Positions 18,654 to 30,097 of a DNA stretch of 32,000 nt are shown piece after piece (position 1 is the stretch's first letter; each line of letters opens with the position of its first letter). Made by a program: the position numbers and the translations under genes. The notes under the pieces were generated by a model. It made no database searches. It saw only the letters and a program-made list of their open reading frames with translations, and had not been told where the DNA came from. Source of the stretch: Erysipelotrichaceae bacterium OH741_COT-311 (GTDB taxonomy: Bacteria; Bacillota_I; Bacilli_A; Erysipelotrichales; Erysipelotrichaceae); contig RQZE01000004.1 in the NCBI GenBank assembly GCA_003858585.1, forward strand, positions 120,001-152,000. Direction: 5' to 3'.

Positions 18654-19938
18654 ATTCTACAAATTCAAATCCATAATTATTAATATAAACCATATCACCA
18701 TCTAAGCATCCAGATTCTCTTAATTTATCATCAACCCCTAATTTCTTTAAACTATTAGCAAAACGTAATAAGCTTTCATCATTTTTTAAATCCGTCGCAT
18801 TAAATAATTGTGTAATTCGATCTCCTTCAATACGCCATCTACCATTACCTTCATTAAAGACTTTAAACGGTGCTTCTTCAGGTGTAAATTTATATAAGAC
18901 CCCTTTGCTTTCCACTTCTTTCGTTTCTGTATATAAAGGAAACTCCTCAGTAACTTCTAATAAATCAGCAACACGATATAAAACTGGTTGTAATCCTTCG
19001 TTAATGATTGTTGTCGTTGGAAAAATCTCTATATCTGGATATGCTTCTTTAAAACGTACAAGATTATCTTCAGAATTATCCAAATCCATTTTATTCGCAA
19101 TCACAACTTGGGGACGCTCTAATAAACGATATTGATAATTACCTAATTCTTCATTGATAATTCGATAGTCTTCAAGTGGATCTCGACCATCATGTCCACC
19201 CATATCTATAACATGTATAATCACTCGACAGCGTTCAATATGCCTTAAAAATTGATGACCTAAACCTTTACCAAGACTTGCACCTTCAATAAGCCCAGGT
19301 AAATCAGCCATAACAAAGGAACGTCCATCACCAACGGATACCACGCCCAAGTTAGGTGTAATTGTTGTAAAGTGATAATCCGCTATTTCAGGTTTTGCTT
19401 TCGAAACTACAGATAATAAGGTAGATTTACCAACTGAAGGAAAGCCTACCAATCCAACGTCTGCCAATAATTTTAATTCAATTTGTACTTCAAGCTTTTC
19501 ACCTAATTGTCCATTTTCCGCAAACTCAGGGGCACTATTTCTCCCACTAGCAAAATGATAGTTTCCTCTGCCACCTTTTCCACCTTTAGCAACAATCACT
19601 TCTTGATTCACATGCACTAAGTCAGCCAAGATTTCATCCGTCAAAGCATTTTTCACAATAGTACCTTGTGGAACTTTAATAATAATATCCTCTCCATCAG
19701 CACCATGCATTTTCTTCACTTTTCCATTCGATCCATTTTCTGCAACAATGAGACGATTATAACGTAAGTCTAACAACGTAGATTTATTCGTATCAACTTT
19801 AAAGATAATTGATCCACCCTTACCACCATCTCCTCCATTAGGACCACCTAGTGGCACATATTTTTCACGACGAAAAGATACAATACCATTACCACCATCT
19901 CCTGCCTTGAGCTTAATTTTTACACGATCAATAAACAT
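18652..19938 (-). CDS. obg: GTPase Obg/CgtA
   Basis: It has a glycine-rich Obg fold (KAGDGGNG, GGPNGGDGGKGG), G1 GFPSVGKST, G3 DLPG and G4 NKMD, plus a C-terminal OCT domain. The start is moved to ATG 19938 (MFIDRVKI) with an AAGGAGG RBS. The ORF-track start at 19983 runs through the rpmA terminator. Confidence 0.95.
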   Translation of the reverse strand: MFIDRVKIKLKAGDGGNGIVSFRREKYVPLGGPNGGDGGKGGSIIFKVDTNKSTLLDLRYNRLIVAENGSNGKVKKMHGADGEDIIIKVPQGTIVKNALTDEILADLVHVNQEVIVAKGGKGGRGNYHFASGRNSAPEFAENGQLGEKLEVQIELKLLADVGLVGFPSVGKSTLLSVVSKAKPEIADYHFTTITPNLGVVSVGDGRSFVMADLPGLIEGASLGKGLGHQFLRHIERCRVIIHVIDMGGHDGRDPLEDYRIINEELGNYQYRLLERPQVVIANKMDLDNSEDNLVRFKEAYPDIEIFPTTTIINEGLQPVLYRVADLLEVTEEFPLYTETKEVESKGVLYKFTPEEAPFKVFNEGNGRWRIEGDRITQLFNATDLKNDESLLRFANSLKKLGVDDKLRESGCLDGDMVYINNYGFEFVE

Positions 19939-19954
19939 ACAATACCTCCTTTCT

Positions 19955-19980
19955 ATATAAAAATCCCCTTTTGGGGATTT
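19955..19980 (-). terminator. Hairpin / partial terminator between rpmA and obg
   Basis: The minus strand reads AAATCCCC-AAAA-GGGGATTT followed by TTATATAG, just after the rpmA stop. Confidence 0.65.
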
Positions 19981-19982
19981 CA

Positions 19983-20267
19983 TTATGCTGCCGGATAAAC
20001 AGAAACTTTTTTCTTATCTTTTCCTAAACGTTCAAACTTAACAATACCATCAATTAATGCAAATAAAGTATCATCCCCGCCACGACCAACATTAGTACCA
20101 GGATGCATTTTAGTTCCACGTTGACGGTATAAAATTGAACCAGCTGTCGCAAATTCTCCATCTGCTCTTTTAGAACCTAATCGCTTTGAGTGAGAGTCAC
20201 GACCATTTTTTGTCGAACCTACCCCTTTTTTAGAAGCGAAAAATTGAATGTCTAATCTAAACTTCAT
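19983..20267 (-). CDS. rpmA: 50S ribosomal protein L27 with N-terminal propeptide
   Basis: The N-terminus is [31 protein letters not shown]. It carries the Firmicute-type 10-residue extension ending in QFF before ASKKG. Confidence 0.97.
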   Translation of the reverse strand: MKFRLDIQFFASKKGVGSTKNGRDSHSKRLGSKRADGEFATAGSILYRQRGTKMHPGTNVGRGGDDTLFALIDGIVKFERLGKDKKKVSVYPAA

Positions 20268-20270
20268 ACT

Positions 20271-20585
20271 TCATACCTCCATATTTCTAATTCTGATATA
20301 CTCAGAATATACTTCTTGTATTGTTTTTAGTTGGATAACACCAACATTTAAAATTGTTTGTAATGTAACATGGTCAAGATCTTGAACAACACACTTCATT
20401 TCTTCTTTTGTTTCAATCATTTTCACTGGCATTTGATAAATATCCAACGCATTAAATAAACCAAAAATAATTGAGCTAACCCCTGCACAAACTACATCTT
20501 CATTCTTTCGTGCATAGTTGGCATGTCCCTTAACCGTTATTTCTTTGATTCTTCCTTGATAAGACTTAATTTCTACATCAATCAT
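20271..20585 (-). CDS. prp: Ribosomal-processing cysteine protease Prp (YsxB family)
   Basis: A 104-aa protein with conserved GHA and VCAGVS (His/Cys dyad). It sits between rplU and rpmA, the canonical position. Confidence 0.9.
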   Translation of the reverse strand: MIDVEIKSYQGRIKEITVKGHANYARKNEDVVCAGVSSIIFGLFNALDIYQMPVKMIETKEEMKCVVQDLDHVTLQTILNVGVIQLKTIQEVYSEYIRIRNMEV

Positions 20586-20587
20586 AA

Positions 20588-20899
20588 TTAAGCATTAATT
20601 GAAGTAACTGTTAACTTTGTATATGGTTGTCTATGTCCTTGTTTACGACGTGTAGAACCTTTTTTAGCTTTGTATTTGAAGATTAAGATTTTCTTCGCTT
20701 TACCTTGCTTTTCAACCTTACAAGTTACTTTAGCACCTTCAACATATGGTGTACCAATTTTTGTTGTAGCATCAGAAACTAATACAACTTTATCAAATTC
20801 AACTTCTGTTCCTACTTCGACATCTAGTTTTTCAACAAAGATTTCTTGTCCTTTTTCAACACGTAATTGTTTTCCACCTGTTTCGATTACTGCGTACAT
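20588..20899 (-). CDS. rplU: 50S ribosomal protein L21
   Basis: The sequence [18 protein letters not shown] is a typical L21 N-terminus. The start is moved to ATG 20899, 6 nt after a GGAGGTG RBS. The ORF-track ATG at 20908 is too close to the RBS. Confidence 0.95.
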   Translation of the reverse strand: MYAVIETGGKQLRVEKGQEIFVEKLDVEVGTEVEFDKVVLVSDATTKIGTPYVEGAKVTCKVEKQGKAKKILIFKYKAKKGSTRRKQGHRQPYTKLTVTSINA

Positions 20900-21004
20900 G
20901 CATCGCACCTCCTTTTTCTATTTAATTAGACTCGCCAAATCAAGGTGGCTTATGCACTTATTACCTTACTTGAGCGGTTGCAAAAAACACAAAGTGCTTG
21001 CAAC
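20900..21004 (-). promoter_or_regulatory. Probable ribosomal protein L21 leader (5' UTR of rplU-prp-rpmA)
   Basis: This ~100-nt untranslated leader lies between a good promoter and the rplU RBS. It contains the hairpin GTTGCAA-N14-TTGCAAC and a second imperfect helix (AAGGT..ACCTT). The location matches the described L21 leader of low-GC Gram-positives. I cannot verify the covariance-model fit by eye. Confidence 0.45.
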
Positions 21005-21010
21005 AGATGT

Positions 21011-21039
21011 ATTTTAGCACAACTTGAACAAGAATGCAA
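21011..21039 (-). promoter_or_regulatory. Sigma-A-type promoter of the rplU operon
   Basis: On the minus strand, TTGCAT (21039-21034), a 17-nt spacer, then TAAAAT (21016-21011), with a TGC extended -10 element. Confidence 0.6.
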
Positions 21040-21043
21040 TTCA

Positions 21044-22234
21044 TTACTTGTTAACTTGTACATCTTTTCCTAATAACACATAAATTACAAACGCCATAAA
21101 ATATAAACCAATCGTTATCATAAATGGATAAATTACTCGAACATTATACAGGTATCCTGCAACCGTTGCCCCAATGATAGAGCCTAATGCCTTCATTGCA
21201 TTATGCATACCAGTGGTAATGCCTTGTATATCTTCTTTGCTATAGAAGCTGGTACGTTCTTGAATCAAAGAAGCAAGCATCGTATCCATAGTCATAATTA
21301 AAATGACACTAACTATAAAAAAATGATACATGGTATAGTTTTGACTTAATAAAACTAAAATTCCTAAAATTACACATAATAAATAAGCTATTTTCTTTTC
21401 AACATTTTTAGATTTAATCATTTCGATGGTAATAGTGCTATTAATTAAAATAGCTAAAAAACCAACAATTCCTCTTGAAATGCCATTTACTGCAGATGAT
21501 ACGCCTAAAGCATCAACCAGATAAAACCCAAAAGTTTGAGAAATACTTGTAGATGCAAATGTTAAAAGAAATACAGCAGTAAACTGTAAGATAAACACCT
21601 TATTTAGGTGATGATACATCTGCTTAAAACTATGAAATGGATTTATTTTGGATAACATTGATGTATGATCTTGAATTAATTCTACATTTTTTAAACAAAA
21701 CAAAAACATCAATGCACAAAAAATCAATAAGGCAATTTGTAAATAAAAAGGCTTACGATAATCATGATTGCCTAAAATACCACCAATAAATTGCCCAAAG
21801 GTTCCCATCACCGTAAACGATGTTATTAAAATTGGAAGTCGTAGTTTACGTAGTGAAAGATCTGTAATTTTAATTAAATAATAGATCGCTGTAATTAAGG
21901 TTGCACTTACAAAGAATCCTGAAACAAAACGACCAATTAATAAAACCGTTTGATCTTGTGCTATTAAAAAGATATATTGACCAAATGCATAACCCAAACA
22001 TCCAATAAACAATACAATTTTAGGTTGTATTCGTTCAATTAAACTCCCCCAAAATGGAGACATCAAAAAATTGGCTACTTGCATGACTGCAAAGGCTAAA
22101 CCAAAGATATAATTAGGTAAAGACAATTGTTTTATTAAGGTTGGTGTAACAGGATGTGCTAAATTTGCAGCAATACCTTCAATACCATAAATAAAAAGAA
22201 GAAGGTAAAAAGAAGAATTTATTTTTTTAAACAT
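21044..22234 (-). CDS. MFS transporter
   Basis: A 396-aa protein with about 12 hydrophobic helices in a two-halves MFS layout. It overlaps the upstream HAD gene by 8 nt. Confidence 0.8.
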   Translation of the reverse strand: MFKKINSSFYLLLFIYGIEGIAANLAHPVTPTLIKQLSLPNYIFGLAFAVMQVANFLMSPFWGSLIERIQPKIVLFIGCLGYAFGQYIFLIAQDQTVLLIGRFVSGFFVSATLITAIYYLIKITDLSLRKLRLPILITSFTVMGTFGQFIGGILGNHDYRKPFYLQIALLIFCALMFLFCLKNVELIQDHTSMLSKINPFHSFKQMYHHLNKVFILQFTAVFLLTFASTSISQTFGFYLVDALGVSSAVNGISRGIVGFLAILINSTITIEMIKSKNVEKKIAYLLCVILGILVLLSQNYTMYHFFIVSVILIMTMDTMLASLIQERTSFYSKEDIQGITTGMHNAMKALGSIIGATVAGYLYNVRVIYPFMITIGLYFMAFVIYVLLGKDVQVNK

Positions 22235-22940
22235 CTTCTACCTCTCCATGTTCTAACTTCATCAATAAATCCTTTAAACTACCATAAAAATCTGCACGTA
22301 CTTCTTTATTATGCTTATTAATGACATGATCCTTTACAATATAGGTAGTAACTCCTAACTCTTTAATAATTAAATCCTCATCCACATCATTACCAATCAT
22401 AATACATTCCTTAGGATTTAATTGAAACTTATCGATAATTTCCTTAAAATATTTTATATTTGGTTTACAATAATGATACTGTTCATACGTTGTTATTTCA
22501 TTAAAATCTTCTTTTTTCAGATTCGCCCACTGCATTCTTCTTAGTGTTGCTTCTTTTGGAAACAATGGATTCGTTGCTAAAATAAGCATATAGCCTTTAT
22601 TTTTAAACCATTGTACTATTTGATTCGCTGCTGGATTAATCGATGTATGATTTTGTACATCATCAAACTCCTTTTTGTAAAAGTCTAAAAATGTTTCTTC
22701 GACCTCTTCTTTTCGATAACCGCTAGCATTTACAAAGGCTTCCCAAAAGACTTCACAATTAGTAAATTGACCATTATTATGCACCATAGCATAAATACCT
22801 TGTTGCATACCATTCATAATTCTTTTTGTATCAAACTCTTTTGAAAACTTAACCGTTAATAAATGAAAATAACGCTTTACAAACTCTTCTTGGTCCATAC
22901 TTAATAAAGTACCATCTAAATCAAATAATACAGCTTTCAT
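22227..22940 (-). CDS. HAD-superfamily hydrolase (phosphatase-like)
   Basis: Motif I is FDLDGTLL, motif II is LATNP, and the motif III/IV region is K...GNDVDED. A GGAGGAAG RBS is present. Confidence 0.85.
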   Translation of the reverse strand: MKAVLFDLDGTLLSMDQEEFVKRYFHLLTVKFSKEFDTKRIMNGMQQGIYAMVHNNGQFTNCEVFWEAFVNASGYRKEEVEETFLDFYKKEFDDVQNHTSINPAANQIVQWFKNKGYMLILATNPLFPKEATLRRMQWANLKKEDFNEITTYEQYHYCKPNIKYFKEIIDKFQLNPKECIMIGNDVDEDLIIKELGVTTYIVKDHVINKHNKEVRADFYGSLKDLLMKLEHGEVEDV

Positions 22941-22948
22941 ACTTCCTC

Positions 22949-23536
22949 CTATATCACATCAACTTGTAAATTAGAAATATTATCCTTCAATGCAATATAC
23001 GCATTTACAAATAATCTCGCTAATGTTTCTTGCTCAAACTTCATTTTATTACTTGACACTAACGTAGCAAGTCCGTGAGCATATATTAATAATTGTAAAT
23101 ACAATTTCTTTATCTCTTCAAAGGAAAGTTGTCGGTCAACCTGCTGTAGTAGATTTGCAAAAAAGTTTTTAGCTTGACTATTGAATACAAAATCAATAAA
23201 GGTAGCATACGAAAGATATCCGGAAAGATAAATAAATCGAAATACATTGGCTTCTTTCGATGCAAAATCAACATAAGCCAATCCTACATTAATCAAAGGA
23301 TTTTCATAGATATATGGATAATTCAATAAATATTGACTAAAATAGTTATCCACATAACTACTTAAATCTTCTTTTAAAGCATTCATTGATTCATAATAGC
23401 GAAAAATAGGTTTTGTAGAGCACTGCATTTCTTTAGCAATGCTTCTGGCATTTAATGCATCAAACCCATCTTTACGTAATATAGATAACGAAGCCTCTAA
23501 AATATCTTCTTTTTGTATTTTTACTTGTGGTGACAT
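22949..23536 (-). CDS. TetR/AcrR-family transcriptional regulator
   Basis: A 195-aa protein with an N-terminal TetR HTH (FDALNARSIAKEMQCSTKPIFRYYESMNAL) and a helical C-terminal ligand domain. It is the first gene of the TetR-HAD-MFS operon. Confidence 0.85.
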   Translation of the reverse strand: MSPQVKIQKEDILEASLSILRKDGFDALNARSIAKEMQCSTKPIFRYYESMNALKEDLSSYVDNYFSQYLLNYPYIYENPLINVGLAYVDFASKEANVFRFIYLSGYLSYATFIDFVFNSQAKNFFANLLQQVDRQLSFEEIKKLYLQLLIYAHGLATLVSSNKMKFEQETLARLFVNAYIALKDNISNLQVDVI

Positions 23537-23546
23537 CTCTTTTCCT

Positions 23547-23580
23547 CTTATAAGCTTATAGGTTTATTATAACTTATAAG
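23547..23580 (-). promoter_or_regulatory. Candidate TetR operator: repeated self-palindromic CTTATAAG boxes overlapping a TATAAT -10
   Basis: CTTATAAG occurs at 23547-23554 and 23573-23580, and the variant CTTATAGG at 23555-23562. On the minus strand, TATAAT (AGTTATAATAAAC) lies between the boxes, 10-40 nt upstream of the tetR RBS. Confidence 0.45.
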
Positions 23581-23615
23581 ATATATTTTGGATATTTAAA
23601 ATGAAATCTCCTCTT

Positions 23616-24077
23616 TTATTTCTGCCATATCCCAACATGATTTTTCTTAGCTTTTGCTTGCAAAGTATTTAATAAACTAATATATTTATAATCTTCATAG
23701 ACGTATGCAACCTTACCATAACCATGTTCAACAATAAGACTTTGTAATAATGTATCATCCACAAAAACCCACACTAAATGACGATGAAATTTATCTTGAA
23801 AATCCCCTTTTTCATCATATTCAAGTGTAATATTACTGTTGGATAATAAATTACAAGTATACTCTAAAGCCTCCTTCGCATAAAATTCTTCTTTATCAAC
23901 TTCTGGAGTATCAATCGCTAAAAAACGTGCTTTAATCACTTCATCTTCCAGCTTAAACCAAGCTGTATCCCCATCAACACATTTTACCAATTCTACCGAC
24001 ATTTTATCATCCTTAACTTGACTACAACCTACAAGTATAAAGATGACTAAAAGGAAACTAATAATGTTCAACTTCAT
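23616..24077 (-). CDS. Secreted thermonuclease (staphylococcal nuclease, SNase family) lipoprotein
   Basis: It has a signal peptide with lipobox LVGC-S. The SNase catalytic and Ca-binding residues are all present (DGDT, R..LAIDTPE, HRHLVWV). It overlaps the mrp stop by 20 nt. Confidence 0.85.
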   Translation of the reverse strand: MKLNIISFLLVIFILVGCSQVKDDKMSVELVKCVDGDTAWFKLEDEVIKARFLAIDTPEVDKEEFYAKEALEYTCNLLSNSNITLEYDEKGDFQDKFHRHLVWVFVDDTLLQSLIVEHGYGKVAYVYEDYKYISLLNTLQAKAKKNHVGIWQK

Positions 24078-24870
24078 AAATAAGTTTTTCTAAACCTTCT
24101 ACCTGCATCTCTTCTAATTTTCCAGCATCAGCAGCTTGTGCCAATTTTGGATCAAGTGGTAAGCTCGCTAATAAAGGAATATTAAATTCTTGAGCTGTTT
24201 GCAATGTTTTCGACTCATTAAAGATATGAATTTTCTCATTACAGCAAGGACATTTTACATAACTCATATTTTCTACTAAACCAATAATCGGTTTATTCAT
24301 AGTCTTAGCCATATTTAAAGCTTTTGAAACAATCATCGAAACCAAATCTTGAGGCGATGTTACAACAACGACACCATCTACCGGAATGGATTGAAATACA
24401 GTTAAAGCTACATCACCAGTTCCAGGTGGCATGTCGATGAATAAATAGTCTAATTCATTCCATACAACATCACTATAAAACTGTTTTACCATAGAGCCAA
24501 TAATCGGTCCTTTCCAAAGAACAGGTTGTCCAGGATCATCTAACATAAAGTTAATGGAAACAGCTTTGATACCAAGTTTACTTTCCAAAGGTAAGATGCC
24601 TTCCTCGCTTCCGTAACATTCCCCTTCCATACCTAATATTTTGGGAATCGAAGGTCCGGTAATATCTCCATCCATAACTCCAACTCTATACCCTTTTTTC
24701 GCAAAGCCTGTAGCTAAAAGGGCAGTAACCATACTCTTACCTACTCCACCTTTACCACTTAAAACCGCAATAATTTTTTTGATTTTTGTTGTTTTTAATG
24801 GTTCTGCTGACAATAAATCCTTCTTGCCCGATGAGCAAGATGCTTGTTTTGAACTACAATTCACACTCAT
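24058..24870 (-). CDS. mrp: Mrp/ApbC/NBP35-family Fe-S cluster carrier ATPase
   Basis: It has a deviant Walker A SGKGGVGKS, DMPPGTGD and a CPCC motif. An AGAGGT RBS is present. Confidence 0.9.
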   Translation of the reverse strand: MSVNCSSKQASCSSGKKDLLSAEPLKTTKIKKIIAVLSGKGGVGKSMVTALLATGFAKKGYRVGVMDGDITGPSIPKILGMEGECYGSEEGILPLESKLGIKAVSINFMLDDPGQPVLWKGPIIGSMVKQFYSDVVWNELDYLFIDMPPGTGDVALTVFQSIPVDGVVVVTSPQDLVSMIVSKALNMAKTMNKPIIGLVENMSYVKCPCCNEKIHIFNESKTLQTAQEFNIPLLASLPLDPKLAQAADAGKLEEMQVEGLEKLIYEVEHY

Positions 24871-24960
24871 ATATTTACCTCTTGTTCAATTATAGTGAAC
24901 ATGAAACGGTTTATCAACTAATTCACTTTTTTATTATGAAGGAATTGATATAAAATGTGA

Positions 24961-26276
<1,316 letters not shown>

Positions 26277-26277
<1 letters not shown>

Positions 26278-26302
26278 AAGCAACGATTACTCGTTGCTTT
26301 TT
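26277..26302. terminator. Terminator between the convergent purA and DUF1294 genes
   Basis: AAAGCAACGA-TTAC-TCGTTGCTTT followed by TT. The stem begins at the last base of the purA stop codon, and its T-run overlaps the stop of the minus-strand gene. Confidence 0.8.
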
Positions 26303-26549
26303 ATATAAGAAGATATACTACAATACTACTATGTATAATTACTAACAATGGTAGTATAATCATAAATTTCTTTTTACGTGTTTTATGATGAATCATTAAC
26401 ATACTAGCATACATTAAGAGTGCCCCACCCAAACTCGCTACAAAAAACAAGGATGTTTCTCGTATTCGATGTAAATGATGTTTGCTTGCTAGTTTATCAT
26501 AAATAGTTAAAAAACAAGCTATAACATTAATGATTAAATAATAAATCAA
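26301..26549 (-). CDS. DUF1294-family small membrane protein
   Basis: An 82-aa protein with the pattern DK..A.....RI.E..L......GG........HHKT.KKKF, typical of DUF1294, and three hydrophobic segments. It starts with TTG in a TTGA overlap with the purB TGA stop. Confidence 0.7.
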   Translation of the reverse strand: MIYYLIINVIACFLTIYDKLASKHHLHRIRETSLFFVASLGGALLMYASMLMIHHKTRKKKFMIILPLLVIIHSSIVVYLLI

Positions 26550-27841
26550 AGTAATCCAACTCGTTTGTAGATTTCATCTACATTTTTTATATGATGTTGT
26601 AGATTAAAACAATCTTCAATATCTTCTTGCGATAATATCTCTTTCACTACTTCATGATTTTGCATTAATGTCTTAAAACTTTCTTTATTTTGCCAAGATT
26701 GAATCGCATTTGGTTGGACAATATCATAAGCGTGTTCTCTTGATAAGCCTTTCTCTACCAGTTTTAACATAAAGCGTTGAGAAAAAATGACTCCATACGT
26801 CTTATAAATATTATCATGCATCGTATCTTCAAAAACAGTTAACGTATCTAATATTTTTGCAAAGCGTGTAAGCATATAATCCAAAAGAGCAGTCGCATCA
26901 GGAGCAATAATGCGTTCAACACTTGAATGAGAAATATCTCGCTCATGCCATAAGGGGATATCATCAAAACTTGACATCATATATCCACGCATCACACGTG
27001 CACAGCCACACATATTTTCACTACCTATCGGGTTGCGTTTATGTGGCATTGCACTTGAACCTTTTTGACCTTTATTAAAATATTCTTCGACTTCCCTTAC
27101 TTCTGTTCTTTGTAAATGACGAATTTCAGTTGCGATTTTTTCAATAGATGAAGCAATCAAAGCTAAGGTTGAAAAATATTGAGCATGCCGATCACGTTGT
27201 AAAACTTGTGTTGAAATTTTAGCAGATTGAATACCTAGCTCTTTACACACATAATCTTGAACAAATGGTGGTGTATTAGCAAATGTCCCTACAGCACCAC
27301 TAATTTTACCTACTTCAATCATCGTTCGTGCTTGATCAAAACGATATAAATGACGTTGAAATTCATCATACCAAAGCGCAAATTTTAACCCAAATGTTGT
27401 AATCTCTGCATGTACACCATGAGTTCTGCCCATACATGGCGTATCTTTATACTTTAAGGCTTGTCTTTTTAAAACAGCAACAAACGCATGTAAATCCTCT
27501 TGTAGAATATCATTTGCTTCTTTATATAGACATCCATATGCAGTATCTACAACATCCGTACTTGTTAAACCATAATGTATCCACTTCTTTTCTTCTTGTA
27601 AAGTTTCACTTACCGCCCTAGTAAATGCCACCACATCATGTTTTGTTTCTTGTTCAATTTCATAAATACGATTCAAATCGAAATGAGCATTTTTATATAA
27701 CGTTTCTATATCTTTTTCCGGAATTAAACCCAACTGTTGCCATGCCTTACAAGCAAGTAATTCTACATTTAGATATACTTGAAACTTATGTTCTTCACTC
27801 CAAACCTTTCTAATACATTCTCTTGAATAACGATTTAACAT
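26546..27841 (-). CDS. purB: Adenylosuccinate lyase
   Basis: A 431-aa protein of the fumarate-lyase superfamily with the signature [11 protein letters not shown] and a PurB-type N-terminus (RYSR). An AGGAGGA RBS is present. Confidence 0.97.
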   Translation of the reverse strand: MLNRYSRECIRKVWSEEHKFQVYLNVELLACKAWQQLGLIPEKDIETLYKNAHFDLNRIYEIEQETKHDVVAFTRAVSETLQEEKKWIHYGLTSTDVVDTAYGCLYKEANDILQEDLHAFVAVLKRQALKYKDTPCMGRTHGVHAEITTFGLKFALWYDEFQRHLYRFDQARTMIEVGKISGAVGTFANTPPFVQDYVCKELGIQSAKISTQVLQRDRHAQYFSTLALIASSIEKIATEIRHLQRTEVREVEEYFNKGQKGSSAMPHKRNPIGSENMCGCARVMRGYMMSSFDDIPLWHERDISHSSVERIIAPDATALLDYMLTRFAKILDTLTVFEDTMHDNIYKTYGVIFSQRFMLKLVEKGLSREHAYDIVQPNAIQSWQNKESFKTLMQNHEVVKEILSQEDIEDCFNLQHHIKNVDEIYKRVGLL

Positions 27842-27849
27842 ACATCCTC

Positions 27850-29259
27850 CTATTCTTCTATTTCTTTTTGATGTTGAAATAATTCAGTTGGATATTGCTT
27901 ACTAAAACAAGCCAAACATAAATCTTTACCATGTATTTCATACATTTGTTCAACACTAATATATTTTAAACTATCCGCTTGAATATACTCTTTTAACTCT
28001 TCAACACTCATCTTATGTGCAATTAATTCATGATAATCCGTAGTATCTACTCCATAAAAACACGGGCTAATAAAGGGTGCTGAAGCAATACGAACATGTA
28101 TCTCAATAGCACCAGCATCTTTTAAGATTTTTATAATACGCTTAATTGTTGTACCTCGCACAATAGAATCATCGATTAAAATAATCTTTTTCCCTTTGAC
28201 AATCGAAGAAACTGCACTTAATTTCATACGTACCCCATTTTCACGTTGGGCTTGTGTAGGTTGTATAAATGTTCGAGCAATATAACGATTTTTAATCAGT
28301 CCCATTTCATAAGGAAGTTTACATTCTTCTGCATAACCAATCGCTGCTGAAAGGGAAGAATCAGGAACACCAATGACAATATCACCACATACATCATGTT
28401 CTTTTTCATCGATTTGAGCAAGTAATTTCCCAGCTTTTTTTCGTGCATTGTGTACATTTAATCCTTCAATGACACTATCTGGTCGAGCAAAATAAACGTA
28501 TTCCATCGCACACATCTTCTTTTGGGTTATTGTTGTATATTGAAACGATTGTACTTCTTTATGATCAATTCTAAGTAGTTCTCCCGGCTTTAAATCACGA
28601 ATAAATTGAGCTCCAACCACATCAAAAGCACACGTTTCGCTACTGATACAATAACCATCTTTCATTTTACCAAGTGAAAGTGGACGAAGTCCATTTTTAT
28701 CACGTATAGCAAACATACAATCTTTTGTTAGAATAATAAACGCAAAAGCTCCCTCTAACATATTACATGCTTTGGTAATCTTCGTAACCATATTTCCGGA
28801 ATGCTTCTGTATTAAGTGAACTAAAATTTCGGAATCAGAAGTTCCCTGAAAGATACTACCGGTATTTTCTAAAGCAATTTTTAATTCCATGGCATTTACA
28901 ATTTGACCATTATGTACCACAGCAAAATGCCCAGTATGTGCTCGTACCATCAATGGTTGAATATTTTCTAATTCATTATTATCTTTTGATGAATAACGAA
29001 CATGTCCAACTGCAGAAATACCATTTAACTTTTTTACAGTTTCTGCTGTAAAGACTTCTTGTATTAATCCTTTTCCTTTTATACATTGAATATGTACATC
29101 ATCACTACTTGCAATACCGGCAGCCTCTTGACCACGATGTTGTAAAGCATGTAATCCGTAATATGTAATACCACTCGCATCTTCGACATCATAGACACCA
29201 AAAACGCCACATTCTTCATTGATTTTACCCGGTAAATCATACCTTTTAACCTTGTACAT
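27850..29259 (-). CDS. purF: Amidophosphoribosyltransferase (glutamine PRPP amidotransferase), [4Fe-4S]/propeptide type
   Basis: The Ntn nucleophile Cys sits in NEECGVFGV after a 17-residue propeptide, similar to the B. subtilis type. The PRTase motif is [12 protein letters not shown]. Cysteines occupy the positions expected for cluster ligands (CAMEY, SPCFYG, CLAC). Confidence 0.95.
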   Translation of the reverse strand: MYKVKRYDLPGKINEECGVFGVYDVEDASGITYYGLHALQHRGQEAAGIASSDDVHIQCIKGKGLIQEVFTAETVKKLNGISAVGHVRYSSKDNNELENIQPLMVRAHTGHFAVVHNGQIVNAMELKIALENTGSIFQGTSDSEILVHLIQKHSGNMVTKITKACNMLEGAFAFIILTKDCMFAIRDKNGLRPLSLGKMKDGYCISSETCAFDVVGAQFIRDLKPGELLRIDHKEVQSFQYTTITQKKMCAMEYVYFARPDSVIEGLNVHNARKKAGKLLAQIDEKEHDVCGDIVIGVPDSSLSAAIGYAEECKLPYEMGLIKNRYIARTFIQPTQAQRENGVRMKLSAVSSIVKGKKIILIDDSIVRGTTIKRIIKILKDAGAIEIHVRIASAPFISPCFYGVDTTDYHELIAHKMSVEELKEYIQADSLKYISVEQMYEIHGKDLCLACFSKQYPTELFQHQKEIEE

Positions 29260-29262
29260 GGA

Positions 29263-29964
29263 TTATTTACCAGTCAAGCGTTTTAAAATTTCATGATATG
29301 CTTCTTCAATATTACCAAGATCTCTACGAAAACGATCTTTATCTAGCTTTTCATTTGTTTGACTATCCCATAGACGACATGTATCCGGTGATATTTCATC
29401 AGCTAATACGATTTGTCCATCTTTTAGTCGTCCAAACTCTAATTTAAAATCAATTAAGTTAATCCCCATTGTTTTAAAGAACTCAATAAGTAATTTATTA
29501 ATCTTATCTGTTTCTTCATAAATATATGCCAATTCTTCTTTTGTTGCTAATTTAAAAGCAAGTGCATGGTTATCAGCAATCAAAGGGTCTCCTAAATCAT
29601 CATTTTTCCAACAAATTTCATAAATTGGTTGATCTATTTTTGTTCCTTCCGGAATTTTATAACGAGCAGCCGCACTTCCTGCAATGACATTTCGACAAAT
29701 AACTTCAAGAGGTAAGATATCTACCTTATATGCCAATTGATCACGTTCATTTAACTCTTTAATAAAATGTGTTTTAACCCCATGTTTCATTAAATACATA
29801 TAAATCAAAGCTGATATTTTATTGTTTAAAATACCTTTATTTTCAATAGTTCCTTTTTTTACGCCATTACCAGCTGTTGCATCATCCTTGTAGTGAATAA
29901 TAATTTGATTTTGATCATCGGTTGCATAAATCTGTTTTGCTTTTCCTTCATAAAGTAATTTCAT
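29263..29964 (-). CDS. purC: SAICAR synthetase
   Basis: [15 protein letters not shown] is a typical PurC N-terminus. The start is moved to ATG 29964 with an AGGAGGA RBS. The ORF-track 33-codon extension crosses the riboswitch terminator and lacks an RBS. Confidence 0.95.
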   Translation of the reverse strand: MKLLYEGKAKQIYATDDQNQIIIHYKDDATAGNGVKKGTIENKGILNNKISALIYMYLMKHGVKTHFIKELNERDQLAYKVDILPLEVICRNVIAGSAAARYKIPEGTKIDQPIYEICWKNDDLGDPLIADNHALAFKLATKEELAYIYEETDKINKLLIEFFKTMGINLIDFKLEFGRLKDGQIVLADEISPDTCRLWDSQTNEKLDKDRFRRDLGNIEEAYHEILKRLTGK

Positions 29965-29980
29965 ATGATATCCTCCTAAT

Positions 29981-30014
29981 AAAATAAAAATGCATACTGT
30001 AAAAAACAATATGC
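29981..30014 (-). terminator. Riboswitch expression-platform terminator upstream of purC
   Basis: The minus strand reads GCATATTGT-TTTTT-ACAGTATGC (9 bp, one G-U pair) followed by ATTTTTATTTT, about 15 nt before the purC RBS. Confidence 0.75.
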
Positions 30015-30097
30015 GAAAATAATCTATCGGTTCATTTCCTTTCCCATAAAAATCCTCCAACATTAGGTGTCAACATTTCCATCACGGGGAAAAGGTT

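Noticed and set aside
29965-30063. The 33-codon in-frame extension upstream of purC ([33 protein letters not shown]) was considered as a possible leader peptide.
   Set aside because: No RBS precedes ATG 30063 (ACACCTA-ATG). The stretch coincides with the riboswitch expression platform and terminator stem. The open frame is most simply chance in a short AT-rich stretch.
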